From contig JAYENL010000293.1 of NCBI GenBank assembly GCA_034722055.1, positions 1-19,524 on the forward strand: a stretch of 19,524 bases of DNA, in the 5' to 3' direction. Every line of letters starts with the position of its first letter. Within the stretch, counting starts at the first letter, position 1. Source of the stretch: Armatimonadota bacterium. GTDB taxonomy: Bacteria; Armatimonadota; Zipacnadia; Zipacnadales; UBA5352. Below are positions 9,094 to 15,351 of the stretch, one piece after another. The position numbers and the translations under genes were made by a program. Under the pieces are notes generated by a model. That model saw nothing but the letters and a program-made list of their open reading frames with translations. It had not been told where the DNA came from and ran no database searches.

Positions 9094-10539
9094 ATGTCAG
9101 ACACAGGCCTCACCATCGTGCAGCTCAACGACAGCCACGGGTACCTGGATCAGCACCTGGAGTGCTTCCGGGCGCAGGATGGGCTGCGCTACGCGCCGGC
9201 CGGGGGCTTCTCGCGCATCAAGCGCATCGTGGACGGCATCCGCCAGGAGACCGGCGGCAACACCCTCTTCCTCGACTGCGGGGACACCATCCATGGAACC
9301 TACGCGGCGGTCCAGAGCCGGGGCGAGGCCGTGATCCCCATCGCGAACGAGCTGGGGCTGGAGGCGTGGACGGCGCACTGGGAGTTCGCCTGGGGCCCTG
9401 AGCGCCTCAAAGAGATCGCAGCGCTGATGGACCACCCCCTGCTGGCTATCAACTGCTACGACGAGGAGACCGATGAGCGGGTGTTCGAGCCGTGGATCGT
9501 GCGGGAGGTGGCCGGCCTGCGCCTGGGGATCATCGGGATCGCGGCCACCATCGTGGACAAGACCATGCCCGATCAGTTCAGCGAGGGTATCTACCTCACG
9601 GTGGGCGGCGAGGAGGTCCGCATCGGGATCGAGGCTCTGCGCGGCGACGAGGACTGCGACCTGATCCTTGTCATCTCGCACCTGGGCTTCCCGCAGGACG
9701 CGAAGCTCGCCGCGACCGTGGAGGGCATCGACGTGCTGGTGTCGGGGCACACGCACAACCGTATGTTCCGCCCGCACGTGGTCAACGACACCATCATCTT
9801 CCAGTCCGGCTGCCACGGCTCATTCCTGGGGCGGCTGGACCTGACCGTGAGAGACGGCGAGATTGCCGGCTTCGATCATGAGCTGATCGTGGTGGATGAG
9901 CGCATCGAGCCTGACTGGGAGCTGCAGGGGCTCGTGCGGACGGTCGAGGAGCCTGACGCGGAGATGCTGGCGGAGATCGTGGGGGAGACGCGCATCGGCC
10001 TGCCGCGCGTTCGGGCGACCGAGTCCACGATGGACAACCTGCTGCTGGATGGGTTGCTGCACGCCACTGGTGCGCAGATGGCGTTCTCGAACGGCTGGCG
10101 CTACGGCGCGCCCATCGCCCCGGGACCCATCACGCTCGGCGACCTGTGGAACATCATCCCGGTGAACCCGCCGGTCTCCACCTGCACTCTCACGGGCGCG
10201 GAGCTGCGGGAGATGCTGGAGGAGAACCTGCACCGCACATTCGCCGCCGATCCCTGGGAGCAGATGGGCGGGTACATCAAGCGGTGTGCGGGACTGACGT
10301 GCTACTTCAAGGCTGAGAACCCGGAGGGCGCGCGCATCCAGGAGCTTTTCGTTGAGGGACGCCATGTGCGTGACGATGACGAGTTCGACGTGGCCTTCGT
10401 CACCACACAGGGCGTGCCAGCGAAGTACGGGTGGGACCGCGAGGACCTGGACCTCCGGGCCATCGACGCGCTGCGGGATCACCTGGCCGAGGCCAGCCCC
10501 GTGGAGCCAGCGCTGCAAGGCGCCTTCGTGGCGGTTTGA
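9094..10539 (+). CDS. Bifunctional metallophosphatase/5'-nucleotidase family protein (SoxB-like), cytoplasmic
   Basis: LNDSHG, DCGDTIHGT, TAHWEF, SHLG and SGHTH metal motifs; 5'-nucleotidase C-terminal domain (AFSNGWRYG). ATG at 9094 follows GAGGTG; no signal peptide. Confidence 0.85.
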   Translation: MSDTGLTIVQLNDSHGYLDQHLECFRAQDGLRYAPAGGFSRIKRIVDGIRQETGGNTLFLDCGDTIHGTYAAVQSRGEAVIPIANELGLEAWTAHWEFAWGPERLKEIAALMDHPLLAINCYDEETDERVFEPWIVREVAGLRLGIIGIAATIVDKTMPDQFSEGIYLTVGGEEVRIGIEALRGDEDCDLILVISHLGFPQDAKLAATVEGIDVLVSGHTHNRMFRPHVVNDTIIFQSGCHGSFLGRLDLTVRDGEIAGFDHELIVVDERIEPDWELQGLVRTVEEPDAEMLAEIVGETRIGLPRVRATESTMDNLLLDGLLHATGAQMAFSNGWRYGAPIAPGPITLGDLWNIIPVNPPVSTCTLTGAELREMLEENLHRTFAADPWEQMGGYIKRCAGLTCYFKAENPEGARIQELFVEGRHVRDDDEFDVAFVTTQGVPAKYGWDREDLDLRAIDALRDHLAEASPVEPALQGAFVAV

Positions 10540-10620
10540 TCGCCTCCGGGAGCGGCCCGCCATACGGCCGAAGCGCATCACTGCCATCCACAGCAGTGCA
10601 TCGCGCCCAGGTACTGAGGA

Positions 10621-10650
10621 GAGGCCCCCGGGGCCGGCTCCGGGGGCCTC
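10621..10650. terminator. GC-rich hairpin downstream of the nucleotidase gene (possible terminator)
   Basis: GAGGCCCCCGG-8 nt-CCGGGGGCCTC perfect 11-bp stem; no U-tract on either strand. Confidence 0.45.
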
Positions 10651-10807
10651 CAACGCCGTCGGACAGTGTGGCTCGCGCGCCTATTCGGCGAACACCCCTG
10701 GCGCGTCCACGTTGCCTGCCCCTCTCGCGCCTCACCAGTGCAGCTCTCGCCACGAGACCGTCCGACATCGTCGGTTCCTGAGACGATGCTGCGATTCAGG
10801 ATGTTCA

Positions 10808-11173
10808 CCGCGCGCTACGGGAACGGCAGCTACAGGCCTCAAGCCACAACCTCCAAGCTTAAGGCTGAACTCCCACGCCGTACGGATCGGCGGCGTGCCC
10901 ACGCCGCCCGCCGTTGATGCCGTTGCCCGCGGTCGTTCCCGCGCCGTGTGGAGGGGCCGGACGACTGTCCGGCCCGCCGTTGCCAGCAACGACGGCGGGC
11001 TGGGCAGCCCGCCGCTCCGTACGACAGAACAGCAAACGACAGGCGCGGCACAGGTCCGCGCGCTACGGGAACGCCAGCTACAGGCCTCAAGCCACAACCT
11101 CCAAGCTTAAGGCTGAACGCCCACGCCGCCCGCCGTTGATGCCGTTGCCCGCGGTCGTTCCCGCGCCGTGTGG
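10808..11173. repeat. Direct repeat A: 10808-10951 and 11056-11173
   Basis: Near-identical copies (ccgcgcgctacgggaacg...gcgccgtgtgg); the second copy lacks 26 bp. Confidence 0.95.
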
Positions 11174-11560
11174 ATCGGGATAAGGCGGGGGCTTTCGCCC
11201 CCACCTCCCCCCTTCGAACCGCACGTGCGCTACTCACGCATGCGGCTCCCGTCCAGCTAGCCCGAAACGGGCGAGAAGATCGGGGCATTGGCATGTCCAT
11301 CGGAGTTGGCTGAAAGCCAACTCCTCCGACCATGCCGACGGCAGCTACCGGACAGGCCCTCGTGTCGGGCTTCGGAGAGCCCCTGCACCCTCGCCCACCT
11401 GCCCGGCCGTCATCCGTTCGCGTGTGCTTCGGCCTTTGTCGCCGACCCTTCACCTCCGGCCTCGCGCCCTCAGGCTGCCTTTGACTACGGAGGCTTCCAC
11501 ATCACACGAGTACCTCCGGTTGGACTCCAACCAACTGGATACGTGCGCTGCGAGGCGCAC
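11174..11560 (-). mobile_element. ORF-less group II intron or intron-derived element, 387 nt
   Basis: Minus strand begins GTGCG and ends CCCGAT. DV is GAGCCGCATGCGTGAGTAGCGCACGTGCGGTTC (11248-11216; AGC triad, AC bulge). DVI is a GAAA-capped stem with a bulged A at -8 (11181). alpha-alpha' is CTCGTGT/ACACGAG. EBS1 AGGG matches the 5' exon end CCCT. Confidence 0.9.
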
Positions 11561-12041
11561 AGGGGCGGGCTTCCTTGCCCGCCCGGTCGTTCGGGGGCAT
11601 CCAGTCGTTCGCAAGGGCGGGCAAGGGCGCCCGCCCGCAGAGAAGCGGGTGGGGCCGTTGCCCAGCCGTTTGGAGGGAGCCGGTCTCCGTCCCGGCCCGG
11701 TCGTCGTCGTTCGGCGTTGAGCCAACGCCGGGCGGCGCACGGACAGGAGTGTCCGTGCCACCGAACAGCGGCGCTTGCCGTGCCGTGAGGAGGGGCGGGC
11801 TTGTGTCCAGCGACGAGCTACGAGTCACGAGCTACCAGCCACGGAAACGACCACGTCGCTGGTCGCCGCGCTTCCTTGACCGCTCGAGGTCGTCAGGAGG
11901 GGCGGGCTTCCTTGCCCGCCCGGTCGTTCGGGGGCATCCAGTCGTTCGCAAGGGCGGGCGAGGGCGCCCGCCCCCAGAGAAGCGGGTAGGGCCGTTGCCC
12001 AGCCGTTTGGAGGGAGCCGGTCTCCGTCCCGGCCCGGTCGT
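11561..12041. repeat. Direct repeat B: 11561-11704 and 11898-12041, built from REP-like hairpins
   Basis: Two 144-bp copies with 3 mismatches, each starting AGGGGCGGGCTTCCTTGCCCGCCC. Confidence 0.95.
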
Positions 12042-12049
12042 TCCTGACC

Positions 12050-14599
12050 TCACCGCCCGGCCCCCGCCACCAGCTCCGCCCCCACGCCCTGTGCCCTGGA
12101 CGGCACTACGCGCACCCGCGAGCCGTCCGTGACCAGCGTGATCTGCCCGGAGAGATCGGTCCGCAGCAGCCGTATTCCTCGCTGACCGAGCACCGCCCGC
12201 GCCTCCGCCGTGATGTAGCGGTCGGCCGTATGGTCGCACGAGACCAGCGCCCAGGCCGGCGCCACCGCGTCAAGCAGCGGCGCCATCCCGGCCAGGCCGC
12301 GGCCGTGATGCGGAAGGACGAGCGCCTCTGCGGCCAGCGACCGCCCCGTCGAGCGAGCGTCCCGGAGCAGTCGCACCATGCCCGGCTGCTGCAGGTCGCC
12401 GGTGAACAGCACGCGGACGTCATCGCATCGAAGCATCGCCACCACGGAGTTGTTGTTCGCGTCATCGCTGGTCCCCGACAGGTACGGCAGCCTGGGCTCG
12501 AGCAGCTCCACTCGAGCGTTGTCACCCAGGCGGAGGACGTCCCCGGCGCCTGCGGGCGTCGCCGGCAGGCGGCTGACCCACGCCGGGGCCGTGGCGTCGG
12601 GAAGCTGCGGCGGGGCGATGAGTCTCGCCACCCGGACGCGCCTCATCACCTCCGGCAGCGCGTTGCAGTGATCGGTCTCCCAATGGGTGATGATCACTGC
12701 GTCGAGGCGCGTGATCCGCCGGGCCGAGAGGAAGGGCAGGACCACGGCCTCCGCCACCTCACGCCCTCCGCCAGGCACCCCGCTACCACCGCCGCAGTCG
12801 ATCATCACGGCGGCATCATCAGGCGTCCTGACCACCGCGCACTGTCCGGCACCGACCGGCAGCAGCGTGATCTCCACGTGCCGTGGCGCCGCTGAGTGGA
12901 CCAGATAGGTGGCGGCGAGCAGGCAGACGACGACGAAGCCGCTCACAGCGGGCAAGTTCGGGTGCATCCGCAGCAGGGCCTCGTCAAGCTTCCGGTGGGC
13001 GAGGCTGAACCCGCCGAGCACCACGGCCACCGCCACCGCCCCATACCACAACACACAGGCTCCAAGACCCATGTGCAGCTCGGGAACGAAGGCCACCGGC
13101 AGCGAGGCGGCCAGCCAGTTCACGTGCATCACCACCGCCAGCAGGCCGCGGGCCAGCCAGCACAGCACGCTCAGCAGCGGCGACAGCGGGGAGAAGAGCG
13201 CGATCGGAAGAGCCACGAACCCCAGCACCATGATCGCGACCGAGAGCGGCACGTTCGCCAGGTTCGCCAGGTTCCCGCTGACGGCGAAGCCGGACACGCT
13301 GTGCGCCAGCAGCGGGGTGGTCATCACCCATGCGCCAAAGGTCCCCCACAGCACCGCCCGCGGTGCGGTCACCGGCCAGGACGCCCGAGTCCCGTCGATG
13401 CGCTGAAGGGGCTCTCCCGGAAGGAAGAGGGCGACGCCCAGGGTGGCGGCGAAGGTGAGCTGGAAGCTGAGGCTCAGCAGCGCCTGGGCGTCGAAGACGC
13501 AGATGAGGGCCGCGGCCAGGCCGATGGAGGTGAAGATGTCGTAGTCCCGGCGCGTCAGCCCCGCCAGCATCACCACCGCGAACATGCCCACCGCGCGGGA
13601 CACCGACGCCTCCATCCCCACGATGAGCACCAGGATCGCCACACCCGCCCCGGCCAGCCCCACCTGCCACCATCGCAGCCCGTGGAAGCCGACGCCGGTG
13701 AGGCCCACGATGGCCACCGCAATCATGGAGATCTGGGCGCCGGAGACCACCAGCAGATGCACCGTGCCCGCGCGGCGGAACTGCTCCACGATCGTGTCCG
13801 GCAGCGGCGCCGCCTCCAGGCCGTAGACCATGCCGACGAAGAGGCGCGAGTACAGCCCTGCATCAGCCCCGGGCATGGCGCGGCTGATGGAGCCCATCAC
13901 CCGCCGGCGCAGGCCCAGCCCCGCCCGCGCCAGCCACAGGCGCCAGCCGCGCTCCTCCCCCATCCTTCTGGCCTCGCGTGCAGAGATCATGGCCCGCACG
14001 CCCTGCGTGGCCAGCCATGCCCGGTAGTCGAACTGCCCGGGAAGCTCGGCCGCCGGGGGCTTCTCCACCGAGGCTCGGCCCAGCCGAACACGGTCGCCCA
14101 GCGCAAGCGCCGGCTCCAGTGGCAGGCGGGCCTCGGCCGTGCCGCCGGCCGCGATGACCGCGCCCGACCTGGTATCACGGACGCGCTCCACCCGAAGGCG
14201 CAGCCGGCGCCGCCACCCGCGCTGCTCGGGCGAGGTGATGGCGACGCCCTCCACCACAGCGTCGTGCATGCCCGTCAGGTGGGAGATGTCATCACCGGGG
14301 ACGGCGGTCTGGACGGCGTAGATGAAGCCGCCCAGGCAGAGGAAGCAGCCCAGCAGCGGAGCGAGCGAGACATCGGCCGCCACGCGTGAGCCGACCAGCG
14401 ACAGCACCGCGCACGCCGCACACCCCACTGCCAGGGGCAGAGGCGAGGCGGCCAGCAGGTGGGCCAGCGCCATCCCGCAGATCAGTGCCACGGAGCACAG
14501 CAGCAGCGGGCGATGGCGGATCTCGACGATCGCCTGCCTGGCACGTGCGCCGGCGTTCGCAGTCTGCCCGTCCTGGCTGTCGGCTGGGCCTGTCATCAT
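12050..14599 (-). CDS. comEC: DNA internalization competence protein ComEC/Rec2 (OB/DUF4131 + Competence + MBL domains)
   Basis: PGQFDYRAWL; FRRAGTVHLLVVSG; SFQLTFAAT; MBL-like ITHWETDH, NNNSVV, LFTGDL, PHHG; RTDLSGQI. Confidence 0.92.
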   Translation of the reverse strand: MMTGPADSQDGQTANAGARARQAIVEIRHRPLLLCSVALICGMALAHLLAASPLPLAVGCAACAVLSLVGSRVAADVSLAPLLGCFLCLGGFIYAVQTAVPGDDISHLTGMHDAVVEGVAITSPEQRGWRRRLRLRVERVRDTRSGAVIAAGGTAEARLPLEPALALGDRVRLGRASVEKPPAAELPGQFDYRAWLATQGVRAMISAREARRMGEERGWRLWLARAGLGLRRRVMGSISRAMPGADAGLYSRLFVGMVYGLEAAPLPDTIVEQFRRAGTVHLLVVSGAQISMIAVAIVGLTGVGFHGLRWWQVGLAGAGVAILVLIVGMEASVSRAVGMFAVVMLAGLTRRDYDIFTSIGLAAALICVFDAQALLSLSFQLTFAATLGVALFLPGEPLQRIDGTRASWPVTAPRAVLWGTFGAWVMTTPLLAHSVSGFAVSGNLANLANVPLSVAIMVLGFVALPIALFSPLSPLLSVLCWLARGLLAVVMHVNWLAASLPVAFVPELHMGLGACVLWYGAVAVAVVLGGFSLAHRKLDEALLRMHPNLPAVSGFVVVCLLAATYLVHSAAPRHVEITLLPVGAGQCAVVRTPDDAAVMIDCGGGSGVPGGGREVAEAVVLPFLSARRITRLDAVIITHWETDHCNALPEVMRRVRVARLIAPPQLPDATAPAWVSRLPATPAGAGDVLRLGDNARVELLEPRLPYLSGTSDDANNNSVVAMLRCDDVRVLFTGDLQQPGMVRLLRDARSTGRSLAAEALVLPHHGRGLAGMAPLLDAVAPAWALVSCDHTADRYITAEARAVLGQRGIRLLRTDLSGQITLVTDGSRVRVVPSRAQGVGAELVAGAGR

Positions 14600-14620
14600 C
14601 CCCCGGCCGGGGTGCCCGGC

Positions 14621-15331
14621 CTATCGTAGCGTCGCGCTGACGCGGATCTGTTCAATCGTCCCGGGCCCGATGCCGGGGACCTCATCCAGCTCGGAGAAGC
14701 TGCGGAAGGGCCCATGCAGGTGCCGATAGGTCAGAATGCGCTTGGCTAACTCGGGCCCGACGCCCGGAATCCGCTGGAGCTCCTCCAGCCCGGCGTGGTT
14801 GAGCCGAACCGGGCCCTGGCGGGACTCCGTCGCGAAGGAGGGCAGCTCGCTCCCTTCATCGGCGGACGAGGTGGCCGAGACGGGTGGCACGCCGGTGGCC
14901 GCAGTGCTGTGTCTCGGCAGGGTTGCGGCAGGTGCGGCTGATTGCTGTGGGTGCACGGACCTGCGCGCGGCGGCCGTCTCAGCCGGCGGGGATGGCTTTG
15001 CCTCCACGCGAATCTGCTCGCCGTCCTCGCAGAAGGCGGCCAGGTTCACGGAGGCCGCATCGGCCTGCTGCGTGAAGCCGCCGGCGGCTCGCAGCGCGTC
15101 CTGGACGCGGACTCCCGCCGGGAGGTCGTAGACCCCCGGTCGTTGCACCTCGCCCACCACGTGCACCTTGATGGTCGGCGCCGGCTGTGCCCCGGGCTCG
15201 TAGACGACAGCGCCGGACTCCCCCGTGCCGTCGCCGGGCCCCCTCCCACGAGAGTACCAGAACGCCGCCAGCGCCGCCGCGGCGGCGAGGACCAACACCA
15301 CCTTCTGCGCAGGTGTCAGGCTGTGCAGCAC
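14621..15331 (-). CDS. comEA: Competence DNA receptor ComEA (TM anchor, SLBB, HhH)
   Basis: VHVVGEVQRPGVYDLPAGVRVQDALRAAGG; VNLA...DGEQIRV; LNHAGLEELQRIPGVGPELAKRI; VPGIGP. Confidence 0.93.
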   Translation of the reverse strand: MLHSLTPAQKVVLVLAAAAALAAFWYSRGRGPGDGTGESGAVVYEPGAQPAPTIKVHVVGEVQRPGVYDLPAGVRVQDALRAAGGFTQQADAASVNLAAFCEDGEQIRVEAKPSPPAETAAARRSVHPQQSAAPAATLPRHSTAATGVPPVSATSSADEGSELPSFATESRQGPVRLNHAGLEELQRIPGVGPELAKRILTYRHLHGPFRSFSELDEVPGIGPGTIEQIRVSATLR

Positions 15332-15351
15332 TGTGCTCGCCCCCGGGTCTG

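Noticed and set aside
10808..12041. CRISPR array
   Set aside because: Repeats are 118-144 bp, in two copies each, irregularly spaced, with no unique spacers of constant length and no cas genes.
10352..12132. ORFs across the repeat region (e.g. 10352-11110, 10839-11453, 11575-12132), including a possible intron RT
   Set aside because: Low-complexity R/P/G translations of palindromic DNA; no YADD or other RT motifs.
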